Positions 1 to 12,232 of a stretch of 64,000 bases of DNA are shown piece after piece (position 1 is the stretch's first letter; each line of letters begins with the position of its first letter). The notes below the pieces were generated by a model. It worked only from the letters and a program-made list of their open reading frames with translations, did not search any database and was not told the origin of the DNA. This DNA is from Octopus sinensis (lineage: Eukaryota), in the NCBI RefSeq assembly GCF_006345805.1, contig NC_043008.1:21142001-21206000 (forward strand), given 5' to 3'. The translations under genes were made by a program, and so were the position numbers.

Positions 1-230
1 GGAAGTATAATAAACAGAAGTGGGTTGAGAACTGAACCCTGACGAACACTTACCTGCCTGCTAAATTCTTAATTGAATTCTTTACCAATTCTCAACTTGC
101 TGCCATCATTTAGTACATGAGTTGCGATGGCCCTCACAAGCCATTCATCTACTCCTTGTTTTCTTTGTGAATACCCAACTACGAAATTTGGAACTTTATC
201 AAAGGCCTTCCTCACATTATCAAGTGCTAG
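1..230 (-). mobile_element. Degenerate RTE-type LINE reverse transcriptase fragment
   Basis: Minus strand reads KLRIGKEFN*EFSRQVSVRQGSVLNPLLFII, matching the RT motif (V)GVxQGSxLSPLLF; contains a stop codon. Confidence 0.7.
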
Positions 231-934
231 GAATTGGTTTGGTGGTGCAAACAGGAATATTTAGAACTCAAAAAATGAGTATATATATGTTTGTTATTAA
301 TAACTAGCAGGACCTGTGAATATTTCACAGGATGAACAGTAAACTTATTGGGTTATTTCTGAAAGCTTTATCCGAAAAACCTGAAACCATAGCCTGTGTT
401 GTGCCTGTATCAAAAGATAGTCGTTCATTTGCTAATCATTTAAGAAAAGTAAAGGAAATTGGAATATGATGATTACTTAAAGACATATAATATAAAAGAT
501 CCCTTACTTGCAAAACAAGTAAGGGTTAGTAACAGGAAAGGCATCCAGGTGTAAAGAAATGCCTTAATAATATATTTATCTAACCCATGCCGGCATGTAA
601 AAAATGGACGTGAAAACACAAGAATGAAAGAACAAACTTATTCATTACATTTCGATAATTATTAGTAATCTTTTTACCTGTCATTTCATTTTATGATTAA
701 TTAACTGTTAGCCATAATGACTGTTGTTTCTTTGTTTATTCTTTAGCTAATCAGGCTTGGTTTTCTTACCAGATCATTGCCTATGTACTGTTTGGTGAAA
801 TCAATCAACTAATATTTATTCTATACTAGCAATGAGAGAGTAATTAAATCACATCACTGGCAGCAATTAGAAATAGTTAACTTTTTCTAATTGATAGTCT
901 TCAGTGATTTAATAGATATTTGTTGTTTTTTATT

Positions 935-948
935 GTGTTATATATATA

Positions 949-983
<35 letters not shown>

Positions 984-1025
984 TTATGTCTATCACTGTT
1001 TGAGTTGCATAGTGGTTTTACTCTA

Positions 1026-1064
<39 letters not shown>

Positions 1065-1066
1065 CA

Positions 1067-1102
<36 letters not shown>

Positions 1103-1380
1103 TATATATACATATACATATACATATACATACACATACACACACATATATACATAGACGCATATATATACATACACGTGCACTTACACACACACAAGTA
1201 TATATATATGTATGTTATGTATGTGTACATACTGTACATATGTATGTATATACATACATGCACAGACACAGGCATATATATATACATACACACACAGATA
1301 TTTATTATATATTTATATATATATACAGTACATATTATATAATGTGTATGTGTGTGTGTATGCATATATATACATTTACA
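935..1380. repeat. Compound (TA)n/(TG)n/(TACA)n microsatellite tract
   Basis: Direct inspection; source of the spurious YIYI/HTHT ORFs. Confidence 0.95.
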
Positions 1381-1639
1381 TATCAGTATTTTCCGGTTGA
1401 ATTTACCATTAAGTGTTGGAGTTAAATATTATCTCTCTATCACTAACATCTAGGTGTGATTAGTTGGCACAACTATTTGAGTTGTTGATTTTATACAGAG
1501 ATACAGTTGTTTCTTTTGTGCCATTAGTGTAAATGAAATACTTCTTAAAAGTGTCTGGCATGGCATATGTCATCAAGCAATTATGTGTGAAGCTACTAGC
1601 AAAGAAAATACTGTGTATTATCAATTTACTCTCTCTCTT

Positions 1640-2048
1640 TTCTCTTTTACTCTTTTACTTATTTCAGTCATTTGACTGTGGCCATGCTGGAGCACCGCCT
1701 TTAGTCGAGCAAATCGACCCCGGGACTTATTCTTTGTAAGCCCAGTACTTTTTCTATCGGTCTCTTTTGCCAAACTGCTAAGAGACAGGGACGTAAACAC
1801 ACCAGCATCGGTTGTCAAGCAATGCTAGTGGGGACAAACACATACATACACATACATACATATATATATATATATATACATATATACGACAGGCTTCTTT
1901 CAGTTTCCGTCTACCAAATCCACTCACAAGGCATTAGTCGGCCCGGGGCTATAGCAGAAGACACTTGCCCAAGATGCCACGCAGTGGGACTGAACCCGGA
2001 ACCATGTGGTTGGTTAGCAAGCTACTTACCATACAGCCACTCCTGTGC
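1640..2048 (-). mobile_element. SINE family A (tRNA-derived head, CORE-like centre, internal CA/TA microsatellite, CR1/L2-type tail), full length
   Basis: Sense strand begins GCAGGAGTGGCTGT(G/A)TGGTAAG (A box), GGTTCAGTCCC (B box), (C/T)CTTGGGCAAGT (CORE-like) and ends in a TAAAAGAG-repeat tail; more than 12 copies in the window. Confidence 0.9.
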
Positions 2049-2124
2049 AAAACCTCATATTTTACGAGACATAGTCTGCTTTTTAATCTTTTATCTTTTG
2101 TCTTTTTATTTGTTTGTGTTATTT

Positions 2125-2425
2125 TGTTTGTTTCTTCTCCAGCCATGTCTGGTTCATAAGGGCTGGTTTCCTGGTTTCCTGGGCGTATAGGTTCCCCGCC
2201 TGGACGGGAAGTCGGTCCATCGCAGGTGAGCTGCAAGATGCAGGAGGAAAGAGTGAGAGAATGTTGTGGCGAAAGAGTCAGCAGAAGTTTGCCATTACCC
2301 TCTGCCGGAGCCGCATGAAGATTAGGTGTTTCACTCATAAACACACACATCACCCGGTCTGAGATTCGAACCCGCGGTCTCTTGACCACGAGTCCGCTGC
2401 TCTAACCACTAGGCCATGTGCCTCC
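2125..2425 (-). mobile_element. SINE family D (tRNA-Arg-like head, Nin/Deu-like central domain)
   Basis: Head GGAGGCACATGGCCTAGTGGTTAGAGCAGCGGACTC...GGGTTCGAATC; second copy at 47520-47800. Confidence 0.8.
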
Positions 2426-2974
2426 AAGTTGTGTTATTGAACTGCAGCATGCTGGGGCTCTGCCTTCAAGAGTTTTAGTTGAACAAATTGACTCGGTACG
2501 TTTTTGTTTTTCTATTTGGAACTTTCGCTGCACTGCTATGTTATGGAGATGTAAACAAACCAATACTGGTTGTCAGGCAGTGATGGAGGACAAATAAAAT
2601 CATGAACATAAAGACACACACACACACACATTATATATCATCATCATCATCATCATCATCATCTTCAACATTCAACAACTGTTCTCTATGCTGGCATGGG
2701 TTGGATGGCTTGACAGGAACTAGCAAGGCCAGGGCCCACACCAAGTTCCATTGTCTATTTTGGCTTGGTTCCTACAGCTGGATGCCCTTCTTAATGCCAA
2801 CCACTCCACAATGTACTGGGTACCTTTTACATGACATCATCACCAGCACTTTTTCAAGGCACCAGTACCCACGCTGATGCTTTTTACGTGACACCTTGGT
2901 TTTAGAGTCTCACTATATATTTGTGTGTGTGTGTGTGTGCATATTTACACATATGATGGGCTTCTTTCAATTTA

Positions 2975-3270
2975 TCATCATCATCGTTTAACGTCCGCTT
3001 TCCATGCTAGCAAGGGTTAGACGATTTTGACTGAGGGCTGGCGAACCAGATGGCTGCACCAGGCTCCAATCTTGATTTGGCAGAGTTTCTACAGCTGGAG
3101 GCCCTTCCTAATGCCAACCACTCCGAGAGTGTAGTGGGTGCTTTTTACATGCCACTGGCATGGGGGCCAGTCAGGCGGTACTGGCAATGACCTTGCTTGA
3201 AACTTTTTACACATGCCACCAGCATGGAAGCCAGTTGGCTGCTCTGGCAACGATCATGCTCGGTGGTGCT
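2975..3270 (-). mobile_element. Family C repeat (RTE-LINE 3' UTR-type end with (GAT)n tail)
   Basis: Sense ...GGAAGGGCATCCAGCTGTAGAAAC...GCTAGCATGGAAAGCGGACGTTAAACGATGATG; further copies near 2636, 3720, 4417, 9480, 13640, 26930, 30915, 34148, 45017. Confidence 0.85.
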
Positions 3271-4726
3271 CTAGGCCTGTTTGCCAAATTCACTCACAAG
3301 GCCTTGTTCAGCCCAGGAATATAATAAAAGACACTTGTCCAAGCTGCTAAGTTGTGGGGCTGAACCCAAGACCACATGGTTGGGAAACAAGTTTCTTATC
3401 CAATACATGCACCTATTTTGTTTAACTTTGAAGTATTGACAGGTACATGATCTCCTTGTGTACTGCGCGTATGGCACAATATGAAGGTCCTGAATTTGAT
3501 GTTATTTTCTAGATTTCCAAATGTGAAACCAATATGGGTCTATTCTTCTGTTACATCATTTTTGACTGAGTAGGCTGATGCAACCCGAAATGAAGTGTCT
3601 TGCTCAATGATACAATGTCCCACCTGGTATATGAATTGAACCCGCAGCCTTATGGCGATGTCAATATCTAACCATTAGACTACTACCGTTACTTCAGGTA
3701 ACAAGTACCATTATTATTATGATCATCACAATTTAATGTCCATGCTCCATGCTGGCTTGGGCTGGACAGTTTGACAGGATCCAGTGGACCCAAGGACTTC
3801 ATCATACTCCAGTGGCTGCTTTGACACAGTTTCTATGGTTGGATTCCCTTCCTGACACCTACCACTTTACTGGGTACTGGGTGCTTTTGTCCATTGGCAC
3901 CAACACTGGTTAGACCATCATGCAGTTTGCACGACTACAAACCCTGAAAGCAAGACTGTTGTAAGGCAACCTCATGCTAGGAGGTGAGGGGCAAAAGATG
4001 AGTAAAATTACAACAGAAGGGACCAGAACCAATTCTTGCCAATAAATGTGTTAGAAAAATGAATTGAAGTGGGTACTCAGTTGCTGAAGAAATTCCAACA
4101 TTGGATTGGAAGTTTTTATGTCCACAAAGGTATTGTATACACAGAGGAGTTTATATCTGTCTGTCTGTTTGTATCTCTCTCTTTTCTTTCTCTCTCTATC
4201 TCCCCCTCTCCCTTGATAAACATATTCTTTCTTTTATTCTTTTATTTGTTTCAGTCATTTGACTGTAGCCTTGGTGGAGCACCGCCTTTAGTCGAACAAA
4301 TCGACCCCAGGACTTATTCTTTGTAAGCCTACTACTTATTCTATCAGTCTCTTTTGCCGAACTGCTAAGTTATGGGGACATAAACACACCCGTATATATA
4401 TATATATATATATATATCATCATCATCATCATTTAACGCCCGTTTTCCATGCTAGCATGGGTTGGTCGGTTCAGCCGGGTCTTGTAAGCCATGAATGCTG
4501 CACCAGGCTCCAGTCTGGTTTGGCAGTGTTTCTACAGCTGGATGCCCTTCCTAACGCCAACCACTCCGTGAGTGTAGTGGGTATTTTTTATGTGCCACCG
4601 ACATAGGGCCAGAGGAGGCTGGCAAACAGCCAAGATCGGTTGGTGCTTTTACGTGTCACCGACACGAACACCAGTCAGGCGGCACTGACATCTGCCACAT
4701 TCGGACGGTGCTTTTTACGTGTCTTA

Positions 4727-4772
<46 letters not shown>

Positions 4773-5099
4773 TGTATATATATGGTGTTAGCTAAAATCT
4801 ATAGATATGTTCTGTAGTAGTTTAGCATTGAAAAAAATTACTGTTAACAAACCAGTAATGTATGAAAAAAGGAAAATGTGGAGGAGAAAGAAAAAAATGA
4901 AACTGAGACAATAGTTTTTATTATCATCTGCATAAACAGAGAAAACTGAACACTAATCTGAATTTCCATGGAAATGATTGAGTAATTTTGTTTTGAAATT
5001 ACTATTGGTGTTTCTATCACCAGTCTCAAATATCTGTTGAGTGCTTGCATCAACGATATACAGTAGTACCACAAATTAACTCATTCCTTTTATTTCCTG

Positions 5100-5400
5100 C
5101 AGCTGACACATCACGATTACATGTACAACGGACGCAGAAGTTAAACGACTCACACCTTCTGCTGCTTTATGTCCTGTTCGGTAGGCTTCCCTGTTATTCC
5201 TTTCCTGTCGGCAAATAGAGGATTTATATAATAACAGTATCGGTTGCCATGGAGATCTTTGGATTATTGATGTAATCTTTAACTGTGCACCAAATATTTG
5301 GTTACAATCGTATTCATACGTACACACACACACACACACACTGACAGACACACGGAGAGAGTCTTTGTGCCTGTGTGTGTTGATCACTTGGAGACCGAAT
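5100..5400. promoter_or_regulatory. Candidate promoter: CpG-retaining unique segment with RFX X-box-like site
   Basis: GTTGCCATGGAGAT at 5243-5256 resembles the X-box GTTGCCATGGCAAC; local CpG retention; minus-strand GTGAGT donor at 5148-5153. Confidence 0.35.
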
Positions 5401-6537
5401 AGCTTGATGCTAATAACATTCTGTATTTACTATGTGTAGTTTCCAAAGTAATTTAGAATAACTATTAGTTTATTTATTTATTTATTTATTTTTCTCATAT
5501 AATTTGTTCTTTTACATTGATATATGGCTTAGATATCTGTGGAAATTCTGACATTTGCGAGTATCGGTTGAATATGGTGGTAATTTGTTTTTAATTACTT
5601 AAACGAGATTGACTGAGATTAACAGAATTTCGACGATCCCAATAGACAACAGTTCAAACAAGTTCTACAACACAACAATAGGAACTGCGTAGATTTGTAT
5701 TTGCGTATTCAGTGCACACATACATGTATGCACATGCATACACACGTGCAATGCGCATATGCATATATGTGCATGTGTGTGCATGCATGTGTGTGTTTGT
5801 GCTTCGTAGATTATAAATGTTGTATTGCCCTATAAATTCCAGTACTAAATTGAATGCAGATTTACCAATGCCGTGTGAATTCTGCTTTAGATTTAGAGTT
5901 GCGGCATTATTGTTTATGGAACAAAGATCTTTGGGAAAAAATCTGAACAGCACAGCATCTATTTTTTTCCTGATAATTTCGAGATTCTGTACTTTCATAA
6001 GAAGTAATTTATAATCTCTTTCTGTTGCATCAGAAAGAAAACATGTTAGTTATCCAGCATTATGCTGTTCTCTGACAAAAGTCAGAAGGAAATATTCCTA
6101 TCTCTTTTTTGAACTCCAATTACGAAGTTAATTCTTTCCTTGCCAAGATAGTCATCAACATACTGAAAGAAATAAAATGTTCTTGTTTCATTGAACAAAA
6201 AACCAAACAACACAATGATTTTGGTTAAACAAACAGCTTGGAAGTTTGTTAACCTGCTTAGTATTGATTTGTTGACATCTGGAATTAAAGCAGGGTTAGC
6301 GTAAATAGAGCAACTTCTCAACTGTGATGATGGCTTTACATGTGGTTCAGAGCTTAGTTTGTCTTCATCCACGTCTTGTCTTAGCATTGCATCTATTCTC
6401 CATGTTGATTGTTTTGTTAAGTTGCTAGGTCTGAATGAAGGAAGGTGCAATACTCGTGGCCTTTGCAGGGCCTTCTAAAACTGGTGCAATTGATGCCGTT
6501 AATGTTCGTCTTGAATCTTTGTTGACTAATATGAATA

Positions 6538-6705
6538 TAGGAGTAGACATGGTGGTGGCTGTGTGGTAATAAGTTTGTTTCCCAACCATGTGGTTCCATG
6601 TTCAGTCCCACCATGTGGTACCTTGGGCAAGTGGCTTCTACTATACCCTCAGTCCAACCAAAGGCTTATGAGTGGATTTGGTAGACGGAAACTGAAAGAA
6701 GCCTG

Positions 6706-6767
<62 letters not shown>

Positions 6768-6880
6768 TTTGTGTTTGTTTGTCCCTTCCCCCAACCGCTT
6801 GACAACTGGTGTTGGTTTATTTATGTCCTTGTAACTTAGCTGTTCAGGAAAAAGAGACTGATAGAATAAGTACCTGGCTT
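6538..6880 (+). mobile_element. SINE family A, 3'-truncated
   Basis: Head, CORE-like segment and internal (TG)n present; tail absent. Confidence 0.85.
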
Positions 6881-7181
6881 TAAAAAAATGCTTGTGCATC
6901 ACCTTATAGCTTATATGTAAGCTAATGAAGTTTGTCACATAATTTCCTGTTCCTTTGTCATTTATTTATTTTCATATCATGCTCTGTACTCAACAAATGT
7001 TTTATTCTGAAGCGTTTGTATGTTGAATTCTAAGCCCTGGTTATTAGCATTGCTATGCCAAAGCGAAACATTAAAATATGTATATATGTGTAAATACATG
7101 TGTGTATTTATGTGTATGTATGTATGTGTGTGTGTGTGTATATATATATTTAGATGTATGTTTGTGTGTGTGTGTTTATAT

Positions 7182-7219
<38 letters not shown>

Positions 7220-7225
<6 letters not shown>

Positions 7226-7590
7226 AAAAATTTATAATTACGAGTATAATTATAATTAGGGTTCAGCAAAATTTGCTTCACAACATACCGAAATTTAGAA
7301 ATAGCAGTTAAAAACTACTATGTTATTACTATAAGATATCTCCCAGACCGCAACTACTATTTTACTACTATATATCTTATAGTAGTAAAATAGTAGGTTT
7401 TAACTGCTATTTCTAAATTTCGGTATGTTGTGAAGCAAATTTTGCTGAACCCTAATTATAATTATACTCATAATTATAAAATTTTTGTATAAGTTTACCT
7501 ATAATGGTTCTTTTAATATACCGAACTACTTGGTAAAATTATTAATTATTAATTATTAATCAATTAATTAATTTTACCCTTTATTGTTAT
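7220..7590 (+). mobile_element. Fold-back element in (TA)n, probably Penelope-like non-autonomous
   Basis: ~120-bp inverted arms 7220-7339 / 7372-7491, then a unique ~100-nt tail; (TA)n on both sides. Confidence 0.6.
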
Positions 7591-7612
7591 TATATATATA
7601 CATATATATGTA

Positions 7613-7841
7613 TTAACCCTTTTGTTACCAACCCGGCTGAAACCGGCTCTGGCTCTATTGTACAAATGTCTTGTTTTCTTATGGTTTCAATTAAAATCTT
7701 CCACCAAACCTTAGTCACAATTTATGTTCCTAATACAAGCTGAATGATAACTAAGTTATTTTACTAAATTCTTTGTTATATTTAAAGTAATTGAAAGAAA
7801 CACAGAACATCTCAAAATAAATACAGTAACGAAAGGGTTAA
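7613..7841 (+). mobile_element. piggyBac-type MITE
   Basis: TTAA|CCCTTTTGTTAC ... GTAACGAAAGGG|TTAA; second copy in opposite orientation at about 54163-54379. Confidence 0.9.
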
Positions 7842-7994
7842 GTCTACCATTGGTTTCATGTTAAGAAAAATATCTTACTATCTTAATTTTTCAAGCTGAT
7901 CACATGGAGGAATGGTGGTTGTCTCCATTTTAGATGAAAACACAAAACGCCTCATGAAATGCCTCGGAATTTCACAAAAGGTTCATATATACAG

Positions 7995-8215
7995 ATGAGG
8001 CTGTGCTGAAAAGTTCCTGCCTTTGGATAAAAGTAAATACAGGAGGATCAGTTAATTATGATTTTATTAAACATATTTCCCTCTCAGATTCACATACCTA
8101 TTGCAGCGGTCCTTCAGTTTTTCTAAGGCCTGTAAAAAAACTCGGAAGGTTGGGTCTCCAACTTGGCCTTTTGTAAAAACCTTTAAAGCCAGGAACTTTT
8201 CAGCAACCCCTCGTA
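7995..8215. mobile_element. mariner-type MITE
   Basis: TIRs TGAGGCTGTGCTGAAAAGTTCCTG / CAGGAACTTTTCAGCAACCCCTCG followed by TA. Confidence 0.8.
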
Positions 8216-8319
8216 TATATATATATATATATAATCTTGGCACATTGTAAATCTTTAAGACATTTTTATTTTTCCACCTAAGATGTATTCAGTTTTATAA
8301 AATTCATTGTATTTTTATG

Positions 8320-8663
8320 AGAACTAGGACTAGTGCATGCATATACAGCTGCGTGCATGCACACATACACGCGGGTACTGTCCAAATCTCTGACCAATCA
8401 CATACAGCTAGCTGGCATTCAATTGGTGTATCAAGTTTCAGGCATTTTGATTGGGTTTTGGATAGAAAATTTACAAAAAAGTCACTTCTATTGATTTTTT
8501 AATGGCTTTGCTGGGTGACTGGGGAAATGTAAAGATGTGCACGACCACCCTTGGACGGTTTTGAATGACCATAGAAAGTGCGAGCCCTCTAACTGAAAAA
8601 GTCTAGATTTGTATAAAGGACACACACACAGACAGACATTTTGCCATTTATATATATAGAGAT
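8320..8663 (+). mobile_element. Non-autonomous Helitron/Helentron (DINE/HINE)-like repeat
   Basis: ACTAG start; 3' end with (CA)n-CAGACAGAC microsatellite and TTTATATATATAGAGAT, typical of HINE-like elements. Confidence 0.45.
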
Positions 8664-9237
8664 TCAGTGATGACTATAAAATAAATCCAAGTAGGCTGCA
8701 TGAAGTATTTTCTAGTATTTTACTATGATATGAATAAAATTGTTCAAGTTCCTAAGTAAAGCCATCAGAGAAAGCTGAAATGAAAATATTCTGTAGTCCT
8801 TAATTTGCAAAGTTTGTTGTGTCAATAACTAGTTAGCCTGGAAGAACAACATTCCAAAGTATGTTAGCAAAATTGTAGACGCAAATAGCAAGTATAATAA
8901 TATGATCAAGTGCTGTGAAGTTGCAGACACAAAATATAATGTTTGTTACAGGTTTAGCTTACAAACAAGAAAGAATTACTCAGTTGAGGATAAGATGTGT
9001 GACCTTTTGTTAGGTTCTGCTTTAAGATGTGGTAAAATTATTTCAGGAATATGTTTAGAATAGTTGCATGTATTTTGACTATCACAAGATGAGATCAGCA
9101 ATTAGATTACGAATTTTCAACAAGGTAAAGCTGACACCTGAATTTCATTTGAAATAGTTGCGATTCTGCAGTTGGAATTTTATCTCTAACAGTTGTGATT
9201 TTGCAGCTTTTAAGTCATTAACTTAATATTGCGGAGA

Positions 9238-9296
9238 TCGTCATCATCATCATAATCATCATCATTTTCATCTTCATCATCATTGTCGTTATCGTT

Positions 9297-9327
<31 letters not shown>

Positions 9328-9492
9328 ACATCATCATCATCGTCGTCATCATCATCATCATTATCGTCGTCATCATCATCATCATTGTCGTTATCATCAT
9401 CAACATCGTCGTCGTCATCATCATCATCATTGTCATCATTAACATCGTCATCATCATTGTCATCATCATTGTCATCATCATAATCATCATCA
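9238..9492. repeat. (CAT)n-derived microsatellite, expanded tail of a family C element
   Basis: Directly abuts TTTAATGCCCGACTTCCATGCTGG; gives the spurious poly-D/M/S ORFs. Confidence 0.9.
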
Positions 9493-10199
9493 TTGTTTAA
9501 TGCCCGACTTCCATGCTGGTATGTTTTGGACAGTTTGACAGGAGCCAATGAAATGGAGGACTGTGGTGTGGTCCAATATCCGCTTTGGTATGGTCTCTTT
9601 AGGTGGATGCCCTTCTTAATACCAATCACTTTACAGATTTTAGGTGCTTTTTTTTTTCATGGAACCTGCACCAGTGAGGCTGCTAAGTAACTAGCAAGAC
9701 CAAGAAAATGCTCCCTTGGCTTAGTGGAGAAAGGGTAAACAAGAGAGATAGAGAGGTGGATGAGGCTAAATCATGATAGGACAGGCTCAGGTTTCTTGTT
9801 ATAGAGGAGATATATAGCATCCCTACATCATACATGGGTTCGTGCATGTAACTGGAAAGAAAGTAGTGACAAGGTCTCTGAGCTAACTTTCAAGGTAGAG
9901 TTAGGTGAGGGCAAGAGAAAGTATGGACATAGGATCAGGAAGGGTGTGTGGGTAAGCTTGTGAGAGTTTGAGATGGAAATGACATGGTTGGAAATAAGGG
10001 TAGAAGTAATTGTAGCAAATGGTAAACAAGGGTGGAGGAGTGGTTGATGGTATATGAAGGTGGTGGTGTGAAGATGAAAGAAATATAGGAGTGGCTCAGG
10101 GAGGAAGAGGTGATAAGTAGCAGTAAGGTGGGAGTCATCATCATCATCATCATTATTTAATGTCTTTTTCCATGTTGGCATGGGTTGGATGGTTTGACA

Positions 10200-10427
10200 G
10201 GAGCTGGCAGAAACGTTAGCACGCTGGGCGAAATGCTTAGCAGTATTTCGTCTGCCGCTACGTTCTGAGTTCAAATTCCGCTGAGGTCGACTTTGCCTTT
10301 CATCCTTTCGGGGTCGATTAAATAAGTACCAATTATGCACTGAGGTCGATATAATCGACTTAATCCGTTTGTCTGTCCTTGTTTGTCCCCTCTGTGTTTA
10401 GCCCCTTGTGGGTAGTAAAGAAATAGG
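10200..10427 (+). mobile_element. SINE family B (tRNA-derived, ~230 bp)
   Basis: GAGCTGGCAGAAACGTTAGC...GAGTTCAAATTCC (B box)...GCCTTTCATCCTTTCGGGGTCGAT...AAAGAAATAG; duplication GGTTTGACAGGAGCTGGC at both ends; more than 20 copies in the window. Confidence 0.9.
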
Positions 10428-10796
10428 TTTGACAGGAGCTGGCGAGTGGAAGATCCTGTTTAAGATCTGAAACTGCAAACAAAGCTGCTTCTTTCACTTT
10501 TCACATGATAGTTATGTATCAAATTGTCAAAATTCCAGCAAAAGTTAAGAAAATTACTGGTTGTTCTTTACGATTAGTGATATCCTACATTTTTTTTCTG
10601 TTGAGCTGCAACATGCTGTATAAGATACAAAAAGTGTTGTAGCTAAGCTCACCATGAACTTGAAAACAAAAAAAAAACAAAAAAAAAGAATTATTATATA
10701 AAAAAGAAAACAAGTATTAAAATTATTTTGTAATGATACCGGGGTGGGGGGGTTTAGCCATTGAACTTCATTGCATGGAAATATACAAACATTGGT

Positions 10797-10843
<47 letters not shown>

Positions 10844-11756
10844 AGCCTCAAGCTTTCTAAATATCTTGAGATTTTTCCCAGCTGTAAAGCTGACAGCACA
10901 CAAGGGTGGGGGGCGGTCCCCTAACCACAGTGGATAAAAGTATCTGCTTTAGATATCAGGATTATTTTTATCTATGCCTGTCACTTTTGGGAAAGAAAGC
11001 CTGAATAGCTTATTATAAACTGTTCTGACATACCAGATAAATTTAAATGGATTGAGTATTATAGGGTTTTAGTACAATTTGGATGTCCTTTGCATTTTCT
11101 TCATGATTGATTGTTCAGGTTCTGTAATGTATTCTGAGTGATCAATCACCTAGGTATTGGACAAATAGATACTTATTTTAGCAGCGGTTTTTTTCTTCTT
11201 TTTTTTTAAATACATTGTATTATTGATAATATGGTATTTTGAAATCTTACATGTGCAAGATAATTTTTTTTTTTTTCCATCACAGTCTGAAGAAATGTAG
11301 GATACATCATCAATACACATGGAAGAACACTATTTTTCAAAATCACCTGGCTTTTTGCTAGCAAGAAATAAATGGATACAAAAGCCAATGATGGTGATGA
11401 TGATGTTTCTTTACTTCTAAAACGAATACTTTCTTTTTGACCATTGAAAAAAAGGAAACAAGTAAAAAGTGAAAATAAAAAAAAGCTTCTAGTCGCAATA
11501 AGTAAATCCATTTAAAGTATACGGTGGGCGAATTTTAGTAATATATACCACCACCACGACCACCACCACCAACAGTCATTCAAGAATTTGGACCTGGAGA
11601 TCTCCATTTCCAGCGACTTCGAGGGCCACCTCCAAGTGGTGTCGGGCATCAACGAAGAGCCCTCGACTACAATAAGACGACCACAGTTTTTTTTTTCTTT
11701 CCAAGGTCTGGGGTCTCCCATCCCTAAGCCCTAGACCATCACCTAATCACCCTTAC

Positions 11757-11855
11757 CCGTCATCATCATCATCATCATCAACATCATCATCTTCATCATC
11801 ATCATTGTCATCACCATCATCATCATTGTCATCATCATCATCATCATCATCATCG

Positions 11856-11890
<35 letters not shown>

Positions 11891-11935
11891 TTCATCATCA
11901 TCATTGTCATCACCATCATCATCATCATCATCACC
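11757..11935. repeat. (CAT)n microsatellite
   Basis: Direct inspection. Confidence 0.95.
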
Positions 11936-12195
11936 TTCAAAGTTTGCTTTCCTTATGCTTGCATGGAACTAGTAAGACTCATTGGAGACATTTTCCTACT
12001 GCTAGATGCTTTTCCTGTTGCCAACCCTTACCTGTTTCCAAGCAATATTCTCACCACCTCCTTCTCCTCGCCACATCCTTGCCTGGACAGGTTTACACGG
12101 AAGATTACAAACAAATAGTACCATTTGCATGATGGTGACATTTGTTTACAGTTACCACACAATATGAAAACAGAAACATACATGCACACATATAC

Positions 12196-12228
<33 letters not shown>

Positions 12229-12232
<4 letters not shown>

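Noticed and set aside
1533-2190. Recurring peptides such as FDCGHAGAPPL and PCGWLASYLPHSHSC suggesting a gene family
   Set aside because: Translations of SINE family A copies; no splice structure or coding signal
8833-9125. Candidate 5' exons of SIX6OS1 (LAYKQERITQ at about 8952; donor at about 9125) and a 76-codon open stretch
   Set aside because: No donor/phase combination joins cleanly to the phase-1 exon at 25958; similarity too short to support
9210-9629. Poly-Asp/Met/Ser ORFs (also 11743, 42095, 54646)
   Set aside because: (CAT)n and (TAA)n microsatellites grown from retroposon tails
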